From Blastocladiella emersonii ATCC 22665 (lineage: Eukaryota; Fungi; Blastocladiomycota), in assembly GCA_025594325.1 (NCBI GenBank), contig JANHCV010000008.1:1737507-1801506 (forward strand): a stretch of DNA of 64,000 nucleotides, in the 5' to 3' direction. Positions 9,653 to 21,826 of the stretch are shown here, one piece after another. The notes beneath the pieces were generated by a model. The model saw nothing but the letters and a program-made list of their open reading frames with translations. It was not told where the DNA came from and ran no database searches. Both the position numbers and the translations under genes were made by a program. How positions within the stretch are numbered: the stretch's first letter is position 1; each line of letters starts with the position of its first letter.

Positions 9653-12600
9653 GCTTTGCGCGCGGCCGAACCCACTGGTCTTGTGCCCCGCGCTCTGCTG
9701 CAGAGCGCGGGTCAACCGGTTCGCAGCACCGGCCTCTCACGGGCCAGGCGCGACACCGGGCCACGCACGCTCGCGCATCAAACGCGGGACTTTTTTTTTT
9801 CTTGCCTCGCCCGCACGCCCGAATATGACCTCGAAGAGGCCCTCGTGGCGTGCGGCGCTGAGGCGCCGGTCCGACCCCGGTCGCGATCCGCTCGGTCGCA
9901 CCACCGCGACACACACTCGCACTCTTGGCGAGCGGCGCGGCGGTGGGGCCACGCTCCTTGGCGCGGCTGTCGGCGGAAGGGGACCCGTGTGGACGGCGGC
10001 CGCGGCGCCCCCGCGAGGGAACGCGCCGCAAGGGCCGCCGTGGTCGAACCGGAATACTTGCGGCCGCTGTGCGTGCCGGGCACTATTGGCCCGCGACACG
10101 CTCTGCTGGCCGCTCACCGTGGTTGTAGTGGTGTCGATGAGCTGGTGGTGGTGGTGCCTTCCGAGGTGAGCCGTCAAGGCTGCCGGCGGTGGCAGCCTGC
10201 GACTGGACCTGGATGGCGGGGTCCCCGGGCAGTAGCACGCGCGAAATGCTCGCGGCGGCGGCGAGCGGCTCGAGTGAACCACCCACACACACGCGTACGC
10301 GAGCAAGTGCGGTACCCGCTACCCGAGGCGACGTGCCGAGGGAACCGCCGTCGCGGCGCGCTTGACTTGACTTGAGGAGCAGGCCGCGGAGCGAGCGCGT
10401 TGGGGTCGTACTCGCTGCGGCCTCTCAGCGCGCGACGGCGGATGTCGGGACGTCGTAGCTAACCGTGACGGGCTGGACCGCGTACAGCTGGGGCGAGGAG
10501 AAGGTACTCGAGAACTCGGACTGGGAGCCCTCGAGGTCGTCGTCTCTCGCGCGAGCTGCTTGAGGGTCGGGACCGAGGAGGAGGCGTGGCGGCGACGCAG
10601 AAAAGGGTCGGGTGCGTCGCCGCGCCTCGGTCCACGCGGTAGAGCCGGTCGGGCACGCCGGCGCGCGGGCCACTGTGGTCGGTGACAGCGACGTTGCGAG
10701 ACCGGGACAGCGAGGAAGCGTGGGGAGCGGGCGCCCGTCGGCCTGCGGGGTGCAGGCGACACGGCAACCCGGACCCCTCTTCCTCACCGTCCCTTGCCCG
10801 TCTGTGGGGCGTGGTCTCGCGCGGAAGCCGTCGGACCCGCGCGTGCCGGAGGTGCTGGTAGTGGTGGGGCGATCGAGTCGAGCTGCGTGATCTGGCGCGA
10901 GGTCGGTGGTACTCGATGGCGGCCGTGGCGGTCGCGACGGCAGCGGCGGCAAACGTGGGGCGGCCGCGCGTCGGACGCGCGCGTGTGTGGATCCCGCGAC
11001 AGGATCGGGTGCGAGGAGGCGATGGGCGAGCGAGCGAACCGCGGGTCGTGGCGGCGCTGCTGGTGCCGTCGACTCGCGCGCGGGATCGGGATCGTGACCT
11101 GGTGGTGGTGATGGTCGGTCGTATCGCGCGACCGGTGTCGTCGCCCGTCTGGCCAGCGAGCCTGGCTGACAAGGACGTGCGAGAAAAGGGACCGGTAGCG
11201 GCGCCCCGCGCGGGCCGGCCGACTCGAGAAAGGGCACGAGTGCGGCTGTGGCAGCGGGCGGCGGGACGCAATCTCAAGCGAGTGACGCTGGGTGGTCGAC
11301 ACGCGAGAGAAAGCGTGTAGGGGCGTGAGCGCGTCGTCCGGCGCGATGATCTGGATGGATGGATGGACGAGAAGTACCGCCGAACTGCTCCTGGTACGAG
11401 TACAGGTACAGGTACTGGCCGAGGAACGAGGTGGCGAGCAGGTGCGGCGGACTTGGGGTGGGTGGCCGGTCGTGGCCGGGCGGCGACAGGTCGTCGCAGC
11501 TGCGGAACGCGTCCTTAGAAAGACGCGAACGTGGCCATGACCGTCGTGGTAGTGCGCGGGTACTGGGCGCGCGGTCTCGGCGAGCGAGACGGACATGATT
11601 GTGAACGTGAAGAACAGGCAGATGCCGGCGCCTTGAGAAAAGCGCGCGGATGTACGGCAAAAGGACTCGCGCGCGGCGGTCGCGGTAGTGGACGCCTGCG
11701 GCGAGTCGGCGCGGGGGCTCGCTCGGTCGTGTCGTTGATCAGGTCGACCGAGTCAATAGTCAGTCGTGGCGGGAATACGCGTGACCATGATGATCTGCAT
11801 GGGGACGCGGAAGCGCGCCGCGACGTGGCTGGCCGGCCGGTTGCCGTGTACCGTGGGTGGGTGATGTGGTGGAACCGGGTGCGGCCGCGGATGGGTCAAA
11901 AATCAAAAAGAACAAACACACGGGCGTCGAGGTGCGGAATGCACTCTACACGGGCGACGCGACGCGACGAGTCAGCTGGCCGTGTCCGCCAAGGCGGGTA
12001 TCAGCAGCAGCGCGAGATCCGTACCAAGAGGCCTGGATCTCGGTGTGGTGTGGTGTGGCGGGTCGCGACTCTCGAGGAGCTGGTACTGGTGGTACTGCCG
12101 GTACTGGTAGCCCTGGTGGTGCGCGAGCCCGTGTACGCGTGGCACGAGGTAGTCGAGGCCGGGACGTGAGCTGCGAGACGATCTCTCGCGGTATCGGGCC
12201 GTCGGTCGACCTGGCCGTGAGCGTGAGCGTGAGCGTGAGCTTGTAGGTACCGCCGCCGTAGTTGAGCGTGGCGGCGAAAATCGTCGAGATAGTCGGCGCG
12301 CTTGGGGCCGGATGACGCGCGCGTGCGAGATCGACGACAATTTTCCCACTGGATCGGCATCGGTGCATGTGAACGTATGCGTTCGGGGCCACTCCGAGAG
12401 CTTTGGCGGCGTCCACGGATCCGCCGCTCTCGCCCGACCACCCAAAAGTACGGATGTACGGGGGTCGAGGCCATGGGAGCGAGTGGGCAATGCACCGATG
12501 CCGTCCGTACCAGTGGGTCGTGGACGTTGTTGAGTTTGGCCGAGTGCTCGCCGTCGTACCCTCGCAGGATGGCCGGGACGACTTGAGCTGCTTGCTGGCC

Positions 12601-13323
12601 TTGGGGCACCGAGTCGCGGACGGCGGGGGCCATGCCGTGCGTGTGTGTACGAGACGCGGTCGGTGCGGGTGCTACGACGACTCGATCGGGACGAGCGCAA
12701 TCTTGGTCTGCGGCCGATGATAGAGACGATGCGAGTCGTTCGTGTAGTAGCGGGTGGCGGCCGTGCAGCGCGAGAAGATGGTCGTCGCGCGACGGCTCGC
12801 CGTTGCTCGGAGCCGAGGCCGAGGAATCGACGTTGAGCTGGCGTCGATGGCCGTGCCGGTGACGCGGTCGCGTGCCTGCGAGCGAGCCGAGCAGGTGCTC
12901 GGGACCACGGCGACCGGCGGCCGGGTGCCTGCCCGACACGAGGAGCGCCGAGTACGTGTCGCGCGATCTGGGTCGGGCCGGAACTCGGTGTCGGCGGGCG
13001 CGGCACGGGGCGCGCCGGCAATGACACGACACGAGGTCGCGGCGGCCGCGGGCCGTGGGCCGTGGGACCGCTGGCGTCAAGGAGGGGACTCGAGCGCCCA
13101 GTTGAACTTGTTTTTGCGTTTCTACTTTTGCAGCTGTTTTTGCCGACAGAGTGCCGGGATTTCGTGATTTACTACACAGGAGGGAGTGAGTCGGGAGCCC
13201 GGGACGCGGCCACAGACGGAAAACGTACGAGAACGAGGACGAGAAGAAGGCCAGCCGATGAGCGCGCCGAACGGAAAGCAAAGATGAGAGCAGGGTGGCG
13301 AGGTCCGAGCGAGTCGTTGATTA

Positions 13324-15629
13324 TCACGAAGCAACCCGGCGAGGGTTGACTTTCTTGGACGGCTTGGGGGTGAGGTCCTCGGCGCCGACCTCGCGCCAGA
13401 GCTTCGAGCGCGGGCGCTTTAGGTGCCCGTCAAACACGTCCCAGTGGTCGGATGACAAAGATCCTGCGCCGACTATCTTGTTACCCAGGAGACGCGTAGC
13501 CTCGGTCTGTTTCGGGCGCTTCTCGAGGAGGAAGGAGCGGTCCTCGGCCGTGGCCACGCGTGGAAGCATCCGGCATGCACCGATGAGGAGCGGCTTCGAG
13601 GCGCCGACGTCGACTTGTATGAGCACCCCGCCATACTGAAGCAGTTTCGGGCTGGGCTTCTGCACAACCATCTGCGGGTCGGCAGGCTGCGGGCGGAAGA
13701 ACCGCCGTGTCGTCTCCGCTGGGACTTTCGCCCGCCATGAGCGAAGCAGCTTCGAGATGAGCTTGGGCAGCGACTTGCGCCGCAGCGCATCGAAGTAGTG
13801 GTTCCGCGAGTCGAAAGGCTGGACGCGGACCAGCGGGTACTTCTTGGGGTTCGCCTTCATGGCCGCGGCCTGCTCCCACGCGGACCGCCACTTGAACGTG
13901 CGCGGGGGGACGAGCGCGTGGCGGAACGGCGTCGGGCGCTGGATCCCAGGGAGAGCCTTGGCGACGTACGGCGGAATGATGGGCGACTTGCGGAACACGG
14001 GGTGGATGGCGCAGAAGACCTTGTACGCGAAGCAGACCGCGTCCCACACGATGCGCGACGTCGTGGCGAGGAACGAAAGAATGTCGCCACCCATATCGAG
14101 AGCAATGGTGTCGAGGTCAATGTCGCAGCGAGTGACATACTTGACCGTCACCCGCATGGCGGCCGCCAGGTACACGAGGTTGAAGAGCTTGGTCATGAAG
14201 CGGTCGCCCTCGCACGCGATCTGGATGAGCGGGCAGAAGTCCATGATGGCCGTGAAGAGGCTCGCCGGGAGCACCTCGATGATCGAGGGCAGGCCGGTCG
14301 CGATGCAGCGGATTGCGGTGCGAAAGTACTTGCCGAAGCTACACGGTCAAGAGAGTCAGTGTTGTGCTGATGATGGGCGGCAGAGAAGTCTGTGTACCAC
14401 TGCTTCACGAGGCCGAGGAACGTGCGCGTGGTCATCCGGGCGAGGTAGATGCGGTGCGCAACGGAGCGCGGGATCGGGGGCAGCGGGTTGTAGCCCGTGC
14501 GCTTGGCGACGCACGCGACGACGAGCGTGATGAGAGCGACGATCATGGTCGAGATGGACGGGGGAGCCGGAGCGTAGGCGGTCATGGCAACGAGCGACGA
14601 GTCGATGAGCTCGGCGATCGGGGCGGCAATGAAGTTGACGAGGGGCAGGACCGTCGGCTGCTCCAGGGTCGGCGCGGCCGTCGAGGGCACGGTGGTAGCG
14701 ACGACGAGACTATCGCCGTTGTCGGACGAGCCGGGCGCCGGGGTGGGCCGAACGCGCATCATGGCCAGCTTGGCGAGGTCGCGGTCCGTGTACTGGTCGG
14801 GCGCGGCGGCGGGCTGAGCGAGCGGCGCCGGGAGGGCCGAGACGTCGGCGGGCTTGTCGTCGACAGCGGAGTGGTCGAAGTAGACGCGCGAGGGGACGCG
14901 CGGGACGGGTTTGTAGAGGGCCGGGGCGATGGCGGCCGCGACGGCCATGGGGGTGAGCGAGAAGTCGGTGCTGATGCAGGCGCCGTGCGGGATGGCGGCG
15001 GTCATGGCGAAGAGCCCCGAGGCGCGGATCGAGTGGGTGCTGTACGGGGTGAAGAGGGTGCGGACCGAGCCCGTAGTCAGGATCAGGGTCTCGCGCTGCT
15101 GCTGCTGGTGGTGGTGGTCGAGAGGCGCGGCGGCCGAAGGCGAGGACGCCTCGGCGGGGTACGTGGCCGAGATCTCGGTGGCGGGCGCCGACGAGTTGGT
15201 CGCGGGCGAAGGAGCGCACGTCGACGGCGGGCACATGTCGGCGTACGCGCACGGGTGGCAGGCCAGCCAGCTGTCGGGCTCGAGCAGGTCCGAGACCCAC
15301 TTCCACGGCGAGGTGCGCGGGGTGGCCGAGTCGATGGCGAGGTAGTCCGATCCGGCGTCGGCGGTCATGCCCGGGACTCGGGGCGGCGGCACGAGGGTGG
15401 TTGTGTTGGTGATGAAGAGCAGGAACTCGGCGGCGGCGGCAGCATGGATCGAGGCAGAGACGGAGGCAGCGGGGGCGACGGGGTAGGCAGCAGCCGAGAC
15501 GGCCGCGACGGCGGCGTCGGCAACGGCGGGCATGGGCAGGCCGAAGGCGACGCCCGCGACGAGCGTCAGGAAGACGGCCATGGCGGGCGCGAACGCCAGC
15601 ATGCGGCGGACCTCGCTGAACAGCCACAT
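13324..15629 (-). CDS. Unknown single-pass type I membrane protein, paralogue A (about 748 aa, 2 exons)
   Basis: Hydrophobic N-terminus (LAFAPAMAVFLTLVAGVAFG), an S/T/P/A-rich ectodomain with NTT and NSS sequons, and the TM segment ISTMIVALITLVVACVA-KRT. A 59-nt intron at 14397-14339 (GTACAC...CTGAC...CGTGTAG) joins ORF 14193-15629 in frame to ORF 13324-14274. Confidence 0.75.
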
Positions 15630-17386
15630 GGTAGACGATCACACCGGGTGCGCGAGGGGTTGGATTCGATTGCTCGGATGCAGCTATCGCGCGGGCTTTG
15701 GGTACAGGGAGCGTCTAGGGCCGGTGCAGGCATCTCGACGGGGCGGGCGGCAGGCGGCGTGGGGAGGGCAGCGCCCGGGCGCGCGCGCGGGCGGCCCGCG
15801 GGCAGCGATTGCAACAAGCTACGTGGCGCCGGGTCGGCCGGGGCGGTGGGCAGCATCGCGGCGCGGGGGAGACGTTTCGCCGACGCGTCGCGGTGCGAGA
15901 CGCGTCCGAGACGCGTCCGCGATGCATGAAACACGCGCGCGCCGCGGTCACGCCGGGGCAGGTGGCTCGGCGCGCCGCCATGCTCCGTCTCGCCCGCTCT
16001 CCCCGGCACACGCTGCAACGCGCACGCGGCGGGCGCCCGAGTCGATGAACATGGATGGCAACTCGATGCAATGCTGCCCGCGGGCGACGCCGAGTCCGCG
16101 CGGCCGGGCCGGAGGGCGCGCCGACCGCGCGCGCCGACCGCGCGCGCTTCCGCGGGCCGATGCGGCACCCAGCGCACACCAAGTGGGCGACGATGCTTCG
16201 GTCGTGTGGTGTGGTGTGGGCCGGCTTGGTTCCAAACCGCGGTGATCGCAATCGTGATGACTCGGCGCGTGAACCCGGCGGCGCGCGTGGCCCGCATGGC
16301 GCCCGCCCGCTCCACCTCACCACCGCTGACCATCCCGCCCGCCCGCCGACCTACTTTCCCGCACGCCCGCATGCCGGCCGACACTTGCGGCAATGTCGCG
16401 CTCTTCATCGCCGTGAGCGACTGGTCGCGGTGCCCGACCACAACGCCTCTCGACCGAGCCTTCCATTGCAGTTTGCGTCCGTGTTGCCCATGGTACGGGA
16501 CCGCAGGGTCCTCATCCTCGTCCGCGACGTGAGAATCAATCCCGCGAGCGACTGCCCGCGGCGGTGCTGTTCCCGCGGAGCATGAGCGCGCGTCGCGCCA
16601 CGCTGACGCGTCAGAGCTCCGCGGCAGCCGCTTCACGTGGGCTGACCGGACCGGCGTGCCGGATCCGCCGAGCGAGCCGACCTCCTTGCCGCCGAACTCG
16701 CTACCTGACTCGCTACCGACGCTCCCCGGCGACAATGTGGATGTATCGACCCGCTAACTTGCCCGCAACGACCTCCCCGTGGGACTCACGACGCTTGGTC
16801 GGCAGCGAACGGCTACCCGCGCCTCACGCGCTTCTTGCCGTCGCCGCCGAGTCTCCTCGTTCGCTGAGACACGCTCTTCCTCAACGTACGCGATCCTGAC
16901 GAACAACGGTGGGTGAACACCGCTTGTTCACACTGCCCGCAGCTCGCAGTCGCGCTCGTCGCTCTCCTAGAACTCTTGTTGCGGTACACCTCTCGCGGCC
17001 TGCTTCCCGACATCCCGTGTGCTCCACCACGGCGAAGCACGCGACCATTGCTGATTTATCGCCTCTCAATACCTCCCGCTACTTGCTCGCGCCACTTCTG
17101 GAGCTCGCGTGCACGCGCCGGCCGCGCCGGGCGACCCAGCACAATCGACTTTAGAAGAACCCGACGCGCGTACCGGGCGCGTGTTTTTGAACCCGCGGCT
17201 CGTTGCCCGCGGGACCGCGGTGACCTTGCCCGAGCTCGCCGTGTTCTTATGGCGCGATTGCCGATGCACCTCGTCCGGCGCTCTATAGCGCCCGTCGTCC
17301 GTGATTTTGGTCCACGGCCGCGCAACTAACTCTCTGCGGCGGAAACGCTCGACGCCACCCTCTCCACTCCGCGCTCGACCGCTATC

Positions 17387-18522
17387 ATGGCGGCGGTGGG
17401 CGGCGCGTCCTTCTCCCTGACTCGGCCGACGCCTTGGGGCAGCCTGCTTTCGTCGGCGACGCGCAAGATCGCCTCTTGCACCGCTTTCGGCGTTATTGGG
17501 TGGCGTCGAACGCACCTCAGCAACGCTGCCAAGTACCTTCGGCCGGCAACGGCGACCTCACTAACCACGGGTGCGCTCCCTGACGTGCTCTGCGACTCTC
17601 CATGCTCTCCGGCAACTCAAACAGGATCATTGTGGTGTTTATGCGGAACCCCCTGCTCGCCTAGCTTCTGTCAATGCGAGCGTCGACAACGCGACGGCGG
17701 CCACCGAAGTTGGGAGCAGTGCGGTCATCATGAGCCCGGCGTGGCTAGAGAGTGATGAGAGCTCGCTCAAGACCGTTACCAGGATTCTCGTCCCGCGCCG
17801 TACGGTTTCTTGTCGTTCGGGGTGGAACCTCTTCGCGAGCGGGTCCAGCAGCACGTCCTCGATCGGCCTCAACTCTGAGCCGCGCACCGTCGATGCCATC
17901 AACGCTTCGCAGCCGGGCCGCGTGCGATGTCGGCAAGTCGGGCAACGGAGGTGCGTATCCGGCTCGTCGCCAGGTCGACCACCGCTTCGGGAAACTCACG
18001 CCGCCTTCAAGCTAGGAATCGACTTTGTTGGGCACCTCATGCCGTGGGACGCGCTCCCGGACCCCGAGGCGCTCGAAGCTCCGACCGACCTCGTGGTACT
18101 CGCCACGGGCGGCGCATCCGCACTCGACAGCCGTCGTTGGGGAGGGCAAGTCGACGCAGCGGCCGCTCTCTCCAGGACCCCTGCACGGGTTTGCGGCCGT
18201 TGTCGGTGCGTACGCGCGCGAACACGGGTCGGCGCTCGGGATCAAGGTATCGGATTGGAGCGCGGCGGGCACCATCAAGTGGATGACGCGGGTCGCGGCG
18301 ACACCGCTGGTCCTCATGAATCCGCTGCCCGTGCACGAGTCGTGGCGGGAAGTAGACGAGGAAGATGCTGACGAGTTTGATCCGACGCGGCAGTCCATGT
18401 GCGTCGTCAGCCCGCTGTCGCGGCAGCTGTGGCCGTGGCTCGACGTGGGCGAGTTTCGCGCCAGGAACGGCGAGCGGTGGCATCGGCTAAGGGTGGCTGA
18501 TGGTGGTTGCGGCGCACAATAG
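17387..18522 (+). pseudogene. Possible frameshifted gene remnant in the middle of the spacer
   Basis: Protein-like stretches fall in different frames (17571-18371, then 18025-18522). I found no clean splice model and no recognisable family. Confidence 0.2.
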
Positions 18523-19273
18523 AGGGCGGTGTATGTTACTCTGAGCCGCGCGAGAGCAAGGGTTGTTGGAGGTCGGTCGGTGGGACGGAGGCGGGCCGGG
18601 CAGCGACTCCGGCTGTGAGATCGGGCTCCCGGTAAGGTCGAGAGCAGCGGGAGGCCACGGTCAGATTGTCGCATGGGCTTCTCCCAGCGAGATCAAGGTA
18701 AGAGAGATCTCGCAGGTCGGACGAGGGGCCGGGTCGGCGTCGGCGGCGTCGACCTCGTCACGGCGACCTCGGCCGACGGCGCGGAACAACGCAGAGATGC
18801 ATTGCGGGCAGTTCTGCGGGTATGGGACCGGCGGAAAAGAGGTGCACCGCGACTCCTGGAGGGGCTCGGTGTCCCATCCGAGCGCCGCAGCGTGTCTCAC
18901 CTCGGCTCACGCGATCGCGACGCGCAACGCGTTGCTCATCCTCGTCGACGACCGCCGCAAGCCCGTCGGTCCTCTGTCCCACGACGACCATGGCGACCAT
19001 GAACGAACGAGTGCTCGTGCAACGGGCCGAGACGGCGACCAGACGGGCGGGTCGGGGCATCCGCCGCCGCAGCGGTGGTCGCTCCCGCGCGCCCACGAGC
19101 CGACCATGGACCAAGCATGCGAACGTGGACGAGATGGATGTGTGAGCATGGATGGCGACGGGAGGAGTAGTGCGGGAGCCGGTGGCGGCTGATTGCAGGG
19201 TGAGAGTCGCGTGTGGCGTTCATCATCATCATCACCGCGTCGGTCGGCCGTACCGGCGGATCACCGGGCCGAT

Positions 19274-19329
19274 CACCGACCGCCGACCACCGACCGCCGA
19301 CCACCGACCACCGACCACCGACCACCGAC
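19274..19329 (+). repeat. 7-bp microsatellite (ACCGACC/CCGACCA)n
   Basis: About eight directly visible units, roughly 750 bp upstream of the ORF at 20074. Confidence 0.85.
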
Positions 19330-20073
19330 TAACGTCGCCCGTGCCGCCGCGCGGGATCCACGGGACTACTTGATAGCTACCGCGCGCGGGCACCGCCGGC
19401 GTCGGCGCATCGCATTGCATCCAGTCGCATCCCGACTCGTCCATCTCGTTCGCCCGCGACCCGCCGTCCGAAATCATCGCGCGAGAGAGCGACCGTCGGT
19501 AACGGGCGCGGCGCTCGCTTTCACTTGCCCTCCGCCACGCTCGAACCAGAGTTCGAACCACGGTCCGCCCGCCGCGGTCCGCCACACGCACGCGGCGGCG
19601 CCGCGCTGTCTCCCGCCGGCGCACCCTTCCACTCGCGCGCCGCGCCGCGCCGTGTTCGCGTCCGCGGGTCCGCACCGGCCCTCGACCAATCATGTCGCGA
19701 GGCGCTCGATCGCCGCTTCGTTAGCGGAGCGGGCACTCGGCGCAACGCGTCCCGCACAAGTGTCTCGCGCCGACCCGCCCGCACGTGCTGCGCCGCGCCC
19801 GTGTCTCCGCCGGTGCGCGTGCGCCGACGCGTCGCGCGTCTCCCTGAAAGATGTCCACCGCGCCGACGCGTCGCGCGCGCCGTGCCGTGCACCGCGGCAC
19901 CCGCCGTGCCCGCCCGCCGTGCCCGCCCGCCGCGATGCCCCTGCACTCCATGTCGCGGCATCGTCCGCCTCTGCTCTGCTCGTCATTGAAGAGATTGAGA
20001 AAGTGTATGAGATACAACCTGCTGTAAAGCACGAACCCACCCGGATCCAGAACCACGCGGTCTCGTCGTCAAG

Positions 20074-21775
20074 ATGAAGCCCGTGTGCGACGCGATCATC
20101 GCCCGCCTCATGGCCGGGCTCATGGCCCTCGCCATCCTGTTCGCGGCCTTCGCCGCCCCCGCCGTTGCCGTGTCCGCCGTCGCCGCTGCCGCGACCTGCT
20201 CGCCCATCCCGATCGTCTGCCCGGCGACCGTCTGCCCCGCCGTCCTCTCGGACTGCGTCTACCTGATCGAGTTCCCGTCTACGCCCACGTCTACCTCGAC
20301 GTCCATCGCTCGGACCAAGCTGTTCCCGAACCAGACGCTCGCCAACCTGACGCTCGTCATGCTCACGACGACCTCGGCCTCCTCGCTCACCGGCACCGAC
20401 ACGTACGACCCGTGCCGCTCGGACCTGTACCGCGCCACCGACCTATCGGCCTCGATCGGCTCGCGGTTCACGCCCGCCTCGATCAACGCGTCGGCGTCCG
20501 CCCTCTCGGCGGCCTCGCACGGCGACGCGTTGTGGACCTGGCTCTCGGGTCTCGTCTCGACCACGGCTTCCGCGTCCGCGTGGCTCACCCTCGCCTCGGC
20601 CTCGGCCGACGCCAACACCAACGTCACGTCGGTTCCGCCCGTGACGGCCAAGAACGGCACCTACGCCAACCAGACCGTCTCGGCCATGGCCGCCGCCATG
20701 TGCCGCGCCCGGACCACGCGCCTTCCCGTCGACGACCTCTCGCTGTTCGCCTCGGCGCCGTCAGCTTTCGGTACGCGTCCATTTCTCACTCTTCTGCCCG
20801 CCACACAAACAGCGCGATTGACCACCGTAAGCTGTATAGCCGACAAGGAGGTCATCACGCTCGCGCAGTTTGACTACGACCTGTACAAGTACGGGTCCGT
20901 CGACATGGCCCTCATGTCGTCGCCCCAGGCGGCCGACACGGTCGTCGCGCTCAGCAAGGGCGCGTTCGTCGGCTCCGACATGACGCTCCTGCCCGAGACC
21001 ATCTCGGCCGCCCTGATGCGCCGCCAGCGCATCGACGACATCGAGCAGCAGGTCATCGTGCTGCAGAAGAAGTCGCTCGCCCAGGAGCAGCAGCTCCTCG
21101 CCAAGGACCAGGTGATCTCGGCCAAGGACCAGCGCATCTACGAGCTCGAGCAGCAGCTCAAGCTGGCCCTCACGAAGCCGGTCCGCACCTACATCGACTC
21201 GAAGCCCGTGCCGGCCGCCGCCGCCGGTCACGGCATGACCAAGGACTCGGCGGCCCCGCTGCCGCCGCTCGCGCAGCCCCTCGCCGCGCCTGAGCAGCAC
21301 TCGGCCCGCGACCTCACCAACATGGCCAAGGCGCACATCGAGCCCACGCCTGCTCCACACCACCACCAGGTCCTCGACAACGAGCAGGACCACGGCCACA
21401 ACTCGATGGCGGACGCCCGCGCGTACTGGACAGAGACCCGGCTCACCCGCGCCGTCACGCTGATCACTGACGGCCTCGACTCGGCCATGCACGCCGTCGC
21501 GACGCGCGTCAGCTTCCGCTACTCGTCCGTCCCGGCCATCCCGGCGTCGCTCAACCCGTCCAGCGCCAGCTTCCTCGTCGTAATTGACGTGATCATGTCG
21601 CCGGCCTTCATCACCATCGCGATTTTGGTCCTCGCCGTCGTGTGTGTCGCGAAGCGCACCTCGCTCCTTGACCAGCCGATGGATGATCTCTCGTAAGTTC
21701 TCTCCGTTCTCCGACTTGCGCCGCAGTACCATGATCACTGACTGACCTGGTCACGCGTGTAGGATGCGACTGTAG
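20074..21775 (+). CDS. Unknown type I membrane protein, paralogue B (N-terminal part, ends at TAG 21773-21775 after splicing)
   Basis: Signal/anchor sequence, six N-X-S/T sequons (NQT, NLT, NAS, NVT, NGT, NQT), a coiled coil (RIDDIEQQ...ELEQQLK) and the TM segment FITIAILVLAVVCVA-KRT. Predicted introns 20771-20839 and 21693-21762 (GTAAGT...CTGAC...CGTGTAG). Confidence 0.75.
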
Positions 21776-21826
21776 TGGGCGACTGCCAAAATCAAGGGTC
21801 TCACGGCCACCTCGGCGCCAGCCACC

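Larger units (their letters stand above)
3533..13055. repeat. Left arm of a 9,523-bp inverted repeat
   Basis: ORFs in this interval have reverse-strand twins whose coordinates sum to 37003 (e.g. 6153-6920 / 30083-30850). I read the outer edge directly at GATCAAGT (3533) and the inner edge at ...GCGGGCCG (13055). Confidence 0.97.

Noticed and set aside
21773-21775. Genome-wide TAG reassignment as the explanation for the in-frame stop
   Set aside because: YTH1, ITPK1, COA3, DUF1275 and cmk all terminate at TAG, so TAG is a normal stop here.
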